64,000 nucleotides of DNA from a virus (Duplodnaviria; Caudoviricetes). The stretch is from IMG/VR virus record IMGVR_UViG_3300025867_000014, positions 1-64,000 of that record, one strand, 5' to 3'. The notes beneath the pieces were generated by a model that worked only from the letters and a program-made list of their open reading frames with translations, had not been told where the DNA came from and ran no database searches. A program made the position numbers and the translations under genes. Positions 51,012-61,228 of this stretch are shown piece by piece. The first letter of the stretch is position 1; every line of letters starts with the position of its first letter.

Positions 51012-53093
51012 ATGGCATTTTTTAACAACACAGAATCAGAAAATTTATCCGCAAGGATTACCAACAAAGGAAGACAAAAAATTGCGGAAGGTAACTTCAA
51101 TATTGTTTATTTTCAAATTGGAGATTCCGAGTTTGATTATACCTTTCCACAATTAAATGGAACAGATAGGGTTGGAAATCCACCGCAAAAAGTATTTTAT
51201 CCATTGGATAGGGACGCTATTGTTAAATATCCATATAAATTGTCCGAATCAGAAATTACAGGAACAACATTTGGAAACCCAATTCAATCTGCCGAAACAA
51301 CCATATTGACAAACAATATGGGGGCGGCAGGATTTGTAAGCGAATATTCATCAACCGGGGCAACTGTAGGTTGTGATTATGTAGAAATAGATATTACCAA
51401 AATAAGTGGGACGACTACTTTGATTCTTCCAACGGGGGTCACATTCTATGGATGTGAATACATTACAATTGCATACCATCAATTAACAGGTACAGACCCA
51501 GACAATCCGATTATTTCAACATCAGCAAACAGTTTAGTATATAGGGTTGTAACAGGGGTTACGGGTGCCAGTTTTAACACGCTAACATTGGATAGGAAAA
51601 TGCCGGATTTATCCGGATTTTCGGGATATGCAACTGTTATGTGTAATAAATGTAACCCATTTTTTAGAGGAACAAATGTCCCTACGCCTGATTGTGTAAT
51701 AGTAACACAAGACCCTGAAGATAGACAGGATCCGTGGACAATGAATATTGTATGGGGTAAAAAACCTGCGGGTATGGATGTTCCATATGTTATAGATGAA
51801 GAATTATCAGGATATACAAGTAATGTTTTTGTTTCAACTAAAGAATATTTCGGGTACAACTCAATATTAGGTCAACTTACAAATACGGGGACGACAATTG
51901 TTAATTCATTAGGGGATGTAATTGTAGTTCCGCCAGATGAACAACACTCATTAGCAATTGTTCATTATGCTGAAGTAAATAATTCATTAGAACCCGAGAA
52001 GTTTTTCAAATATGAAGATTATATTGCACATACAGATAGTGATGACATAACATATTTCGAAGTTTACATACCATATATCCTTTATCATAGAAATACAGGG
52101 ACAACCATCGGTGCAAGATTCTTTATGGATACCGTTGATTATTATGTTAATTCCGCGGCACAAGATACCAAATTGGATAAAATAAAATACCGTTACTTAA
52201 AAGATGAAAATGGGTTTAATGTGGGAAAAGTTTTTGTTAACCATAAAACCATTATATTTGACGACCAAGAAATTGTTGCGGCGTTAGATTATAAATCAAA
52301 CAGAAAATATACATTACCTATTCCAAGAGTATCACAGATACCTACCGACTTAAAATGTTCAACAAATACTGTCGGTTCAGCGACGCCATTAATGGCAGGA
52401 AATACAGGTGAAACTATGTTTATTAGTTATCTATTTGTGATGACGGGGAACACAGGAATGACAGGAATGCATTGTAATTATTATTCGAAAGTTACGGGTA
52501 CATCTTTGAACGCAGATGTCGCTATTAATTTCTCGACAACCGATTTTGTTTTTATGACCAATAATCTTTCAACATATAAAACAAAATACATAGCAAATAA
52601 ATTCTTTGTTTTGGCTCAAATGGTAAATACGGGCGAACAACCATTACCTGATGGTTGGAAAATAATTGATTTTACCGCAGAAATACCTAATCATACTGTT
52701 GGTACATACATTAATCCTGTTAATATGCGTGGGGCAAGATTTATTCTTACATATGATGATTATGACAACGCAAGTAAGTATGATATTGAAGATTATTTAG
52801 GATTATTCCCAGATGAACCATCAACCGCGCCAGAATTCGGTGATACACAACCATTCCCGGGTAGTATAAAGTTTGTTAGAGCAACCGATATACATACAAT
52901 GAGATTTTTGATTAATTTACCATCAAGTCAATTTATAACAACACAAAATCCTACATATGTTGCAGGAACATCAAAATGGATAACAGAAGTGGCGTTATTA
53001 AATGAAAATAAAGATGTTATGGTAATAGCAAAAACATCAAAACCGGTAAAAAGAACTGGAACGCAAGTTATTGGTGTAAAAATCGACCTGTAA
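51012..53093 (+). CDS. Tail/baseplate protein; termini resemble tail-fiber attachment (DUF3751-like) halves
   Basis: ITNKGRQKIA..YFQIGD at N-end; ITEVALLNENKDVMVIAK at C-end. Confidence 0.55.
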   Translation: MAFFNNTESENLSARITNKGRQKIAEGNFNIVYFQIGDSEFDYTFPQLNGTDRVGNPPQKVFYPLDRDAIVKYPYKLSESEITGTTFGNPIQSAETTILTNNMGAAGFVSEYSSTGATVGCDYVEIDITKISGTTTLILPTGVTFYGCEYITIAYHQLTGTDPDNPIISTSANSLVYRVVTGVTGASFNTLTLDRKMPDLSGFSGYATVMCNKCNPFFRGTNVPTPDCVIVTQDPEDRQDPWTMNIVWGKKPAGMDVPYVIDEELSGYTSNVFVSTKEYFGYNSILGQLTNTGTTIVNSLGDVIVVPPDEQHSLAIVHYAEVNNSLEPEKFFKYEDYIAHTDSDDITYFEVYIPYILYHRNTGTTIGARFFMDTVDYYVNSAAQDTKLDKIKYRYLKDENGFNVGKVFVNHKTIIFDDQEIVAALDYKSNRKYTLPIPRVSQIPTDLKCSTNTVGSATPLMAGNTGETMFISYLFVMTGNTGMTGMHCNYYSKVTGTSLNADVAINFSTTDFVFMTNNLSTYKTKYIANKFFVLAQMVNTGEQPLPDGWKIIDFTAEIPNHTVGTYINPVNMRGARFILTYDDYDNASKYDIEDYLGLFPDEPSTAPEFGDTQPFPGSIKFVRATDIHTMRFLINLPSSQFITTQNPTYVAGTSKWITEVALLNENKDVMVIAKTSKPVKRTGTQVIGVKIDL

Positions 53094-53132
53094 CTATTTA
53101 CAAAACAGGAAAATTTACTTATCAATTAATTT

Positions 53133-53735
53133 ATGGAAAATAATTTAAAAAATTCCCCAAAGATATTGGGGCTGGATATATCAACTAAAACTATTGGATG
53201 GTCGTTGTTTGATATTAATGGTTCTAAATTATTAGAACTAACTCACTTTTCACCAAAGATAAAACCTGAACCCGAAAATAAGATTGAGGTTTTGATAAAA
53301 AAAGCCGATGCGTTCGAAAAACACCTTTTGAAATATAAAGATGTAGGAATAACCAAAGTTATTATAGAAGAGCCACTACTTAACTCGAACAACATTTATA
53401 CTGTTCAGACGCTTCTTCGATATAACACGATGATTATGAAATTGTGTTATGATATTTTGGGGGTTGTTCCAAATTTCATTTCAACATACAATGCCAGAAG
53501 GTATGCTTTTCCTGATTTAGTTGGCGACAATGGTAAAGGAAAGAAAGTATTATTTGGCGGATATCCAAAAGAAATTGACAAGAAACATATTATATGGGAA
53601 CATGTCAATGCGGTTTGCCCTAAAGTTGACTGGTTATATGACAAGAAGGGTAAACTAAGAAAAGAATGTTATGATATGGCAGATAGTGTTACCTGTGTTA
53701 TCGGGTACATCAATATGATTAAACAAGAAAAATAA
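53133..53735 (+). CDS. ruvC: RuvC-like Holliday junction resolvase
   Basis: ILGLDISTKTIGW, VIIEEP, DMADS. Confidence 0.8.
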   Translation: MENNLKNSPKILGLDISTKTIGWSLFDINGSKLLELTHFSPKIKPEPENKIEVLIKKADAFEKHLLKYKDVGITKVIIEEPLLNSNNIYTVQTLLRYNTMIMKLCYDILGVVPNFISTYNARRYAFPDLVGDNGKGKKVLFGGYPKEIDKKHIIWEHVNAVCPKVDWLYDKKGKLRKECYDMADSVTCVIGYINMIKQEK

Positions 53736-53758
53736 ATAATTTCGAGTATTTATTATTG

Positions 53759-54223
53759 ATGAAAATAATAATTACTGAAGGTCAATTGGGACAACTTATA
53801 GTTGAATTACATAGCGATGCTGTATTATTACGAAAAATGGCTCGTAAGTCTAAATTTAATACAGGTAAATATGATGGGGTAACAGTTCAAGAACTTATAA
53901 ACGCAAATAAACAACCATATTTGCGATGGGTTTATTATAATATGTCTATGATAACATTTATGGACGATATATTAGATGAACTTAATATTTGGCCAGATGA
54001 AAGAATAGAAAAACCAGGAAAAAACCCGGAGTTAGGTGAAGAAATTAGTGCAAGAGTAGCATCGAAATTACCACCACACAAAAAACGACGCAGGAAATCA
54101 ATTGAGGATAAATATAAAAATTTACAACTACTAAAAACATACGGAGAACCATTTAGTTTAGAAAAACTAGCATTACAGAATCAGGGGCACTCCATTAGTC
54201 TATATCCAAAAAAGAAATACTAA
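53759..54223 (+). CDS. Hypothetical protein (MKIIITEGQ N-terminus)
   Basis: TATTTAT 12 nt upstream of ATG. Confidence 0.65.
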   Translation: MKIIITEGQLGQLIVELHSDAVLLRKMARKSKFNTGKYDGVTVQELINANKQPYLRWVYYNMSMITFMDDILDELNIWPDERIEKPGKNPELGEEISARVASKLPPHKKRRRKSIEDKYKNLQLLKTYGEPFSLEKLALQNQGHSISLYPKKKY

Positions 54224-54227
54224 AATT

Positions 54228-54255
54228 TTGTATTAACATTTTTTTTCGTTATACT
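54228..54255 (+). promoter_or_regulatory. Sigma70-like promoter TTGTAT-N16-TATACT
   Basis: Upstream of primase ATG 54263. Confidence 0.45.
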
Positions 54256-54262
54256 TAACGAC

Positions 54263-55210
54263 ATGGTAGACGAACACGAAGTTATTTACGATTATGCATC
54301 GATTGTGCGTATTCTAAATGAAATTTTAGGGAAACCTAGAAATCATAATGAATACAGCGGTCAGGTTTCATATGATTGCCCCGTTTGTTCTTACGAAATC
54401 AAAGGGTTAGACCATCCTGACGGGAAAGGAAACCTTGAAATTAACTATAAATTAGAAGTTTTTAAGTGTTGGGCTTGTGGCGAATCACACGGTACACGAG
54501 GAGGATTGCGTTATTTCATAAAGAAACACGGAACAAAGAAACACCTTAAAAAATATGACCTTTTACGGCCTGAAGACTCGTCAATTACCAAGAAAAGGTA
54601 TAACCCTGTCAGATTACCAAAAGAATTTATCTTATTTTACACCGCTAGCCCGGGGTTAAAAATGACCCATTATTATAAGCGAGCAATGTCATATCTGAAA
54701 AGTAGGAATGTTACCGATGAACTAATCAAGAAATATAATATGGGGTTCTGTTATTCTGGCGAATACGCGGATAGAATTATTATACCATCTTATGACGAAG
54801 AATTTAATTTAAATTATTTTATCGCAAGATCATACGATACAAGAACAAAACTAAAATATAAAAATCCGGAAGCGGAGAAAGAAGCCATTATATGGAATGA
54901 ACATTTAATTGATTGGGACGACACGATATATCTGGTTGAAGGCCCATTTGATTCTATTTTTGTTCCAAATTCAATTCCAATGTTAGGAAAGGTATTAAGT
55001 GAGAAATTATTTTCACAAATATACGAGAAAGCAAAGAAAATTGTTATAATTTTGGACGGCGATGCTTGGGATGACGCTGAGAAACTATACCACAAACTTA
55101 ATGGTGGTAGACTATTCGGAAAGATTTGGATAGTCAAATTACCCGTAGATAAAGATATCGCGGATTTACAAGGAAACTTGGATAATTTTGAAATAAAACA
55201 ACTTGACTAA
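54263..55210 (+). CDS. dnaG: DNA primase (Zn finger + TOPRIM)
   Basis: CPVC..CWAC; RIIIP; LVEGPFDS; LDGDA; KDIAD. Confidence 0.85.
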   Translation: MVDEHEVIYDYASIVRILNEILGKPRNHNEYSGQVSYDCPVCSYEIKGLDHPDGKGNLEINYKLEVFKCWACGESHGTRGGLRYFIKKHGTKKHLKKYDLLRPEDSSITKKRYNPVRLPKEFILFYTASPGLKMTHYYKRAMSYLKSRNVTDELIKKYNMGFCYSGEYADRIIIPSYDEEFNLNYFIARSYDTRTKLKYKNPEAEKEAIIWNEHLIDWDDTIYLVEGPFDSIFVPNSIPMLGKVLSEKLFSQIYEKAKKIVIILDGDAWDDAEKLYHKLNGGRLFGKIWIVKLPVDKDIADLQGNLDNFEIKQLD

Positions 55211-56067
55211 TGGATTTAAAACAAATTGCAAAAGAAATAAATGAAGCTCTTGAGAATCGAAGAAAGGAACTGGCGTTAACATTCGTAGAATCGAAGCATA
55301 CATACTTTATGAGGGATGAGACTGGAAAAATAAGAGCAAATTTTCCATCTGTTTCCAAATTAGTAAAAAATTTCCACCCATATTTTGATGCCGATAAGAA
55401 GGCATTGGAAATGTGTAATGGTGATGTTAATAAAGCAAAGAAATTATTGGCAGAATGGAAACTATCAGGTGAAATTTCAACAAATCTTGGTAGTCGCTCC
55501 CACTTTCTGTTGGAACAGGATTTAGTGGGTAGATATGACAATTATAAAGAAGTCAGACAACCTATTTTCAAATGTGATGCCGACCAAATAAGAAAAAGTG
55601 ACCAAATGGTAATTGCTGGAAAGCAATATTTGGATTTGATGCACGAAAGGGGCGCGGTTTTAATTGATACAGAAGCCATTTTAGGGGATCCTGAATTGGG
55701 ATATACAGGACAACCCGATAAGACTTGGTTAATGGAAAATAGAACCAAAACTGGGTTAGGTATCGTAATTACAGACTGGAAAACTAATCAACCTAAAAAC
55801 TTTGAATCACAATATTATACGAAGAAACTATTCCCGCCATTCGAAAAACACGATGATACGGCACTTGGACATTATTTTATTCAAATCCCATTATATGGGA
55901 GACTAATCATCAAAATGTTACAGGGTACAAAATTTTCGGATGTAAAAATGTTGGGCGGGGTTATTGTTTTATTGAAAGAAGATGCTACCTTTGTGGAATA
56001 TAAAGTTCCTTCGGACATAACTAACACAATTTTAACAATGGATTTAACCAAATATACAAAAAAATGA
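55210..56067 (+). CDS. PD-(D/E)XK exonuclease
   Basis: SVSKLV, GSRSH, YTGQPD, ITDWKTN, YFIQIPLY. Confidence 0.75.
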   Translation: MDLKQIAKEINEALENRRKELALTFVESKHTYFMRDETGKIRANFPSVSKLVKNFHPYFDADKKALEMCNGDVNKAKKLLAEWKLSGEISTNLGSRSHFLLEQDLVGRYDNYKEVRQPIFKCDADQIRKSDQMVIAGKQYLDLMHERGAVLIDTEAILGDPELGYTGQPDKTWLMENRTKTGLGIVITDWKTNQPKNFESQYYTKKLFPPFEKHDDTALGHYFIQIPLYGRLIIKMLQGTKFSDVKMLGGVIVLLKEDATFVEYKVPSDITNTILTMDLTKYTKK

Positions 56068-56864
56068 TTAAAAAAATAATACACATTTCTGATATTCACA
56101 TCAGGACATTACAATTGCACGATTTATATCGGGTTCAGTTACAGAAATTTATAGATGATGTAAAGGAAAAAACCGATGAATACGACCACGATGAAATAAG
56201 GATTGTTATAACGGGCGATATATTCGACCAGAAAATTAACATTTCCAACGAGCAGACTATTTTAACATCTTGGTTCTTCAGGGAATTGGCGGATATTGGA
56301 ATAGTAATTATTATTCCCGGTAATCACGATTTTCTTGAAAACAATCAGGAAAGGGTTGATAGTATAACGCCAATTGTGGATTTATTAAGAAATGATGATA
56401 TCAGGTATTATAAAAATTCGGGGGTGTATGAAGACGGAAATGTAAATTGGGTAGTCTACTCATTATATCAAAGCAATCAAAGACCCGAGTTTAAAAGAGG
56501 GAATGGTTTGTATGTTGGGTTATTCCACGGGCAGGTACAGGGAATGGCAACCGATTTGGGATATAAGTTCGAGGATGGATATGATAAGTTGAATTTTTTG
56601 GATTTAGATTTGTTACTTTGTGGTGATATTCACAAAAGACAGGCGTTTGAATTACCAAATAAAAAGAAGGGGTATATGATTGGCTCATATATCCAACAGG
56701 AATACGGGGAAACAATAAATCATCACGGATATGGAATATATGATGTTGATGATGACGAATATATGTTTGTTGACATTAAAAGTGAACAACCGTTTATGCA
56801 TTTCGAAATTAACGACATAAAAGACATTGAAAATGAAGCAGAAACCCTCGTTAATCTTGGATGA
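56064..56864 (+). CDS. Mre11/SbcD-like (gp47) nuclease
   Basis: HISDIH, TGDIFD, PGNHD, GDIH. Confidence 0.9.
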   Translation: MIKKIIHISDIHIRTLQLHDLYRVQLQKFIDDVKEKTDEYDHDEIRIVITGDIFDQKINISNEQTILTSWFFRELADIGIVIIIPGNHDFLENNQERVDSITPIVDLLRNDDIRYYKNSGVYEDGNVNWVVYSLYQSNQRPEFKRGNGLYVGLFHGQVQGMATDLGYKFEDGYDKLNFLDLDLLLCGDIHKRQAFELPNKKKGYMIGSYIQQEYGETINHHGYGIYDVDDDEYMFVDIKSEQPFMHFEINDIKDIENEAETLVNLG

Positions 56865-57162
56865 TGACTTTCTTCAATATTGCCGATTAAATAATGTTGA
56901 AGATATAGAAAAACTGGCAAAAGAAACATTTAAGAAAGGGTTTGATATCCTAAAATACGGAATTGTACCCGCGAAAGTTACTATGGTTGCAAATGAAATA
57001 TTACCAGTTATACCCACAAGTCCGCCAAATGGGCTTGAAACGCTCGGGTATAAACCCCAAAAAGAAGATGTTACGGATACGCAGACGGAGAATAAGGTAG
57101 TTACACCAACTAAGTCCAAAAGTGTTCAGGAAACAAAAAAAAGGGACTTATATGATGAATAA
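56833..57162 (+). CDS. Hypothetical protein
   Basis: ~109 aa; overlaps the Mre11 3' end; ATG 56833 preferred over TTG 56827. Confidence 0.6.
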   Translation: MKQKPSLILDDDFLQYCRLNNVEDIEKLAKETFKKGFDILKYGIVPAKVTMVANEILPVIPTSPPNGLETLGYKPQKEDVTDTQTENKVVTPTKSKSVQETKKRDLYDE

Positions 57163-57232
57163 TTGAAATAAGTGACTTTTTATTTTTTTTGTCAATAAAA
57201 ATGCGTACCTTTACCACAAAAATCAATATAAT

Positions 57233-57583
57233 ATGATGGAAACAATTTTCTTATGGGCTTTTATTGGATATGGAATAACATCCATAATTGTATGGGGAGC
57301 CATTTTTGAAAAACCGCGAAATTGGATTATTAATCACTCGAACTTTTTTGGAGAACTGATAACCTGTGTTCTGTGTACCGGAACATGGGTTGGGTTTTTT
57401 ATGTCAATTTGTTTGGGTGGGTTAGCCAACAAATTTTTTCCGATTGGATGGTTGCCTTCCATATTTTTCGATGGTGTATTCACCGCTGGAATAGTATGGG
57501 CAATAAACTCTGTACTCGAGTTCTTCGAGGAGAGTAGAATTAATATGAATATTAATGGGACACCGAAAAACGAAAAACATTGA
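57233..57583 (+). CDS. Small membrane protein (DUF1360-like)
   Basis: Three hydrophobic segments; ELITCVLCTGTWVG. Confidence 0.65.
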   Translation: MMETIFLWAFIGYGITSIIVWGAIFEKPRNWIINHSNFFGELITCVLCTGTWVGFFMSICLGGLANKFFPIGWLPSIFFDGVFTAGIVWAINSVLEFFEESRINMNINGTPKNEKH

Positions 57584-58070
57584 TTATGACGATAAACCAT
57601 CAAGGACATTTATAAAAAACATTTTCGAACACAAGTTCGGAATAAAATTGAAGGACGGAAAGCACAAGAAAATCGATTTAGTTGGAATTGAAGACGATTT
57701 ACTTGGTGTTGAAGTGGAACACGGGCATTGGGAAGGCGATTTATGGACAAATGACCAATATTCGTGGCTCGCGAAACTAGATTTTAGAACTGTTAACATA
57801 CCAATAAGAAAGGCACCCTATTGGGAAGATTATGTTGACGGTAAACCAAATTTAAGTGCCAAGTATAACATATTTGTTAGGACAAATATGGACTTTACGC
57901 AGTTTATAATCATCAGACCTGAAACGATTAGAGACCCGAAAAAAGTTCATAAGACACGATTCCTAGCAAATAATAACGATGTTGAAGAGGATTGGTTAAG
58001 TTTCAAAAAAATAGATGTGGAAACATATAATTTACAACCAAACGGAGAATTTATACTAGAAAACATATAA
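57555..58070 (+). CDS. Hypothetical protein, possible PD-(D/E)XK nuclease fold
   Basis: KIDLVGIEDDLLGVEVEH pattern. Confidence 0.5.
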   Translation: MGHRKTKNIDYDDKPSRTFIKNIFEHKFGIKLKDGKHKKIDLVGIEDDLLGVEVEHGHWEGDLWTNDQYSWLAKLDFRTVNIPIRKAPYWEDYVDGKPNLSAKYNIFVRTNMDFTQFIIIRPETIRDPKKVHKTRFLANNNDVEEDWLSFKKIDVETYNLQPNGEFILENI

Positions 58071-58071
58071 T

Positions 58072-60408
58072 ATGACAGGGCCATTTATAAAAGTTGAGTG
58101 GAAAGATACGCCAGAAAATATAACCCAAGAAAGGATAAAAAGGGTTAAAACATATTTTCAGAACAAGTATAACACTAAAAATGTAAAAATAAAAACAGTA
58201 TACATTTCCAATGATTCAACTACCAAATTGAAATCATTGGAAGCGAGTGATAGTATATTAGACCACCAGTATCAGAAAAAACTGGTTAAAGAATTTATGG
58301 ATGAAAACGGGATAACCGTTAAATGGGACTTAATTAACAGGCTTGATGATAAGGTAAATGCCGAGATAAATAAAGCGGCCCAAAATGCCATCAGGTATAA
58401 TAAATGGTATATCAAAAGGATTGAATTTTCAAATTTTTTATCATTTGGGGAAGATAATTTCATCGATTTCACAAAATTGGATGGAATAACTGTTGTTGAA
58501 TCTAATCCAAAGAACTTTGGCGGTAAAACCATTGCCACCATTGATTTATTGATGTTCTTATTTTTCAATACAACGACCAAATCAAAGGTCAATGCTGATA
58601 TTTTTAACCAATTTACCGATGTTAACGAAGTAAAGGTAAAAGGTTATGTAAACATTGATGGGGATGATTACATAATATCGAGATTAATTACCAGAAAAAA
58701 ATCAAAATCAGGTGATTATACGGTTAAAAATGACTTGGAGTTCTATAAGAGGGATGAAAGTGGTGAAATGATAAATTTGTCGGGTGAACAAAGAAGAGAG
58801 ACAGAAACAATTATCACATCTGCGATTGGCACGCAGGAAGACTTTTTATCAACAATTTTAACCACAGGAAATAACCTTGAAGAATTAATCGAGTCGAAAC
58901 CAACGGCTCGTGGTCAAATCTTAACCCGGTTTTTGGGGTTGGAAGCCCTTAAACAAAAGGAAGAGATTTGTAAAACAATGTACAGTGAATGGTCTAAAAA
59001 ATTGATTTCGAATACATACAATGTGGCACAGCTCGAAATTGATAACGAGACCTATCAAGGTAGTATTAATACATCGAATGAAGAGATTGGCAAGCTTGAA
59101 ATTCAATTAACAACCCTTGATAAACAATTAAAAACACTTGAAGGTAAACGAGATAAGTTACTTTCGTCTATGAATAACGATATAGATGAAGAACTTATTA
59201 AAACAAATCCTGATGTAGTGAAAAAAGATGTGATAACTTTAACGGCAAAAAGAGACGAAATCAAAGTATCCCGGGATGCGGTTGAAGTTAAAGAACCATC
59301 TGAATATTATTTGGAGGAAGACCACGAAAAACTAAAGAAACAAATTGCTGATTTACAATTAGAAAAGGGGTTAAATACAGATGCCATTCTAAGAAATAAA
59401 AGATTAATCGAGCAGTTTGAAAAAGGAACGATTTGCCCGACTTGTAAAAGACCGTTGGATGAAGCGGATCATACCGAAGAAATCAATAACATTAAGTCGG
59501 AAAATGAAAAACTTGAAAAAACAAGTAAGTCAGTTGATGAAAAACTTGAAAAATTAAATGGGGACGAAAAAAAGTTTGCAATCCTGAAGAAAGAATATGA
59601 CGAATACGAGAAAAACAAACTTCGTAAGTCAAAATTCGAACTTGAATACGAACAGAAGGATTTGGAGATAAATGCAAAGAACCATTTGCTCGAAAGGTAT
59701 GAAAGTTGTAAGAAAAAACTGGAAGAAAACAAGAAAATCGAAGCCGAAGCAATTACTTTAAAGGTTCAAATCGAAAGTACCAATGGTGACATAAAACTTA
59801 CCAACACGGCAATCGACAAACATAAGAATAACATCACAAATATGACCGAGAAAATCGGGATTAACAAGGAATTAATCAAGAAAATCAAGGCGGAAGAGGA
59901 ATATGTGGTGATATTCAAAACCTATCTTACAATATATGGTAAGAATGGTATATCAAAGGTCATTATGAAGAATATGATACCTTTATTGAATCAGGAACTA
60001 CAAAGAATTTTAGCGGATAGTTGTTACTTTTCGCTTGAATTCAGTATAAATGATAAGAACGAACTTGAATTCTTGATGATTGATAATGAAACAAGGGTGG
60101 TTAAATCCGTATCAAGTGGTTCTGGCTACGAGAAAACAATATCGTCATTGGCTCTTCGAAGCATTTTAACCAAAGTATCGTCATTACCAAAACCGAATAT
60201 CGTTGTTATGGATGAAGTATTCGGTAAGATTGCCGATGATAACCTACCATTGGTCGGGGAATTCTTCAAGAAGATAAAGAATTATTTCGAACACATATTT
60301 GTAATATCACATAATCCTTTAATTAGGAACTGGTCGGACAATATAATAATGATAAAAAAGGAAGACAATGTTTCGTCTATCGATTATACGAACACAAAAA
60401 TGTCTTAA
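58072..60408 (+). CDS. Rad50/SbcC-like (gp46) ATPase
   Basis: NFLSFGE, NFGGKT, Zn hook CPTC, SGSGYE signature, VVMDEVFG, ISH. Confidence 0.9.
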   Translation: MTGPFIKVEWKDTPENITQERIKRVKTYFQNKYNTKNVKIKTVYISNDSTTKLKSLEASDSILDHQYQKKLVKEFMDENGITVKWDLINRLDDKVNAEINKAAQNAIRYNKWYIKRIEFSNFLSFGEDNFIDFTKLDGITVVESNPKNFGGKTIATIDLLMFLFFNTTTKSKVNADIFNQFTDVNEVKVKGYVNIDGDDYIISRLITRKKSKSGDYTVKNDLEFYKRDESGEMINLSGEQRRETETIITSAIGTQEDFLSTILTTGNNLEELIESKPTARGQILTRFLGLEALKQKEEICKTMYSEWSKKLISNTYNVAQLEIDNETYQGSINTSNEEIGKLEIQLTTLDKQLKTLEGKRDKLLSSMNNDIDEELIKTNPDVVKKDVITLTAKRDEIKVSRDAVEVKEPSEYYLEEDHEKLKKQIADLQLEKGLNTDAILRNKRLIEQFEKGTICPTCKRPLDEADHTEEINNIKSENEKLEKTSKSVDEKLEKLNGDEKKFAILKKEYDEYEKNKLRKSKFELEYEQKDLEINAKNHLLERYESCKKKLEENKKIEAEAITLKVQIESTNGDIKLTNTAIDKHKNNITNMTEKIGINKELIKKIKAEEEYVVIFKTYLTIYGKNGISKVIMKNMIPLLNQELQRILADSCYFSLEFSINDKNELEFLMIDNETRVVKSVSSGSGYEKTISSLALRSILTKVSSLPKPNIVVMDEVFGKIADDNLPLVGEFFKKIKNYFEHIFVISHNPLIRNWSDNIIMIKKEDNVSSIDYTNTKMS

Positions 60409-60442
60409 ACAAATAATCTATATATTTATATAAACTAAAAAA

Positions 60443-61198
60443 ATGGCAACAATAAATTTTAGCTGGAAAAAGTTGATACCTTATGTGGTAATACTTTTAT
60501 TATGTATAGTCATAGCGATTTTATACAACAGGCAAGAAAATTTTAAAGATAAGTTCCAAGCAGAGGAAAAGTTAAAAATCGCACTGTTGGATACTATTAG
60601 AACCTACAAAAATAGTAGGAATGAATTGGTTAGTGAAAAGTTAACCCTACAGGCGAGTGTTAAGGAATTGACCAAAATGAATGACTATTTAACTGCATCC
60701 CAAAGGGAGTTAATGTCAAGGGTAAAAGAAATCGAGAAGTCGAATAAGATTATTGCGGCGGCTCTAATCCAGACCAATGTAAAGATTGATTCGCTTCGTA
60801 AGGGGACAATTACCGTGGATACAACTGCAGGTAAAATCAATGTAAGTGATAGTCTGCCCGAGATTCAGTATAGTTTTGATTTCTATAAAGTTAAACCTAA
60901 ATTTACGAATCAAGAGCCGATATTCAAAATAAATTACTTATATTTGCCGAATACACAATTTGTAGAATTCCACTGGAAAGATAACAGGAAGGAAGGCTAT
61001 CCTGTTGCTTTTAGTGTTTCAAATAGTAACAAGTATTTTAAAACCGCGAATATAGATAGTTATGTAATACCGGAGATTCAAAAAGATAAAATCAAACCCA
61101 ATTTCTGGCAAAAAACTTGGAAGGGGATTAAAACCGCTGGCCCATATATAATAGGAGGGGCCGTTGGCGCGGGTACGGTATTCCTATTAATGCAGTAA
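60443..61198 (+). CDS. Membrane-anchored coiled-coil protein; candidate spanin
   Basis: N-terminal TM, coiled coil, Gly-rich hydrophobic C-end; DTI/DSL/DTT/DSL motifs. Confidence 0.5.
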   Translation: MATINFSWKKLIPYVVILLLCIVIAILYNRQENFKDKFQAEEKLKIALLDTIRTYKNSRNELVSEKLTLQASVKELTKMNDYLTASQRELMSRVKEIEKSNKIIAAALIQTNVKIDSLRKGTITVDTTAGKINVSDSLPEIQYSFDFYKVKPKFTNQEPIFKINYLYLPNTQFVEFHWKDNRKEGYPVAFSVSNSNKYFKTANIDSYVIPEIQKDKIKPNFWQKTWKGIKTAGPYIIGGAVGAGTVFLLMQ

Positions 61199-61228
61199 AA
61201 CAACGAAATATAAACGAAAACTAAACAT

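Noticed and set aside
57188-57213. Bacteroidota TTTG...TAnnTTTG promoter before ORF 57233
   Set aside because: Spacer only 14 nt and last base mismatched; insufficient support
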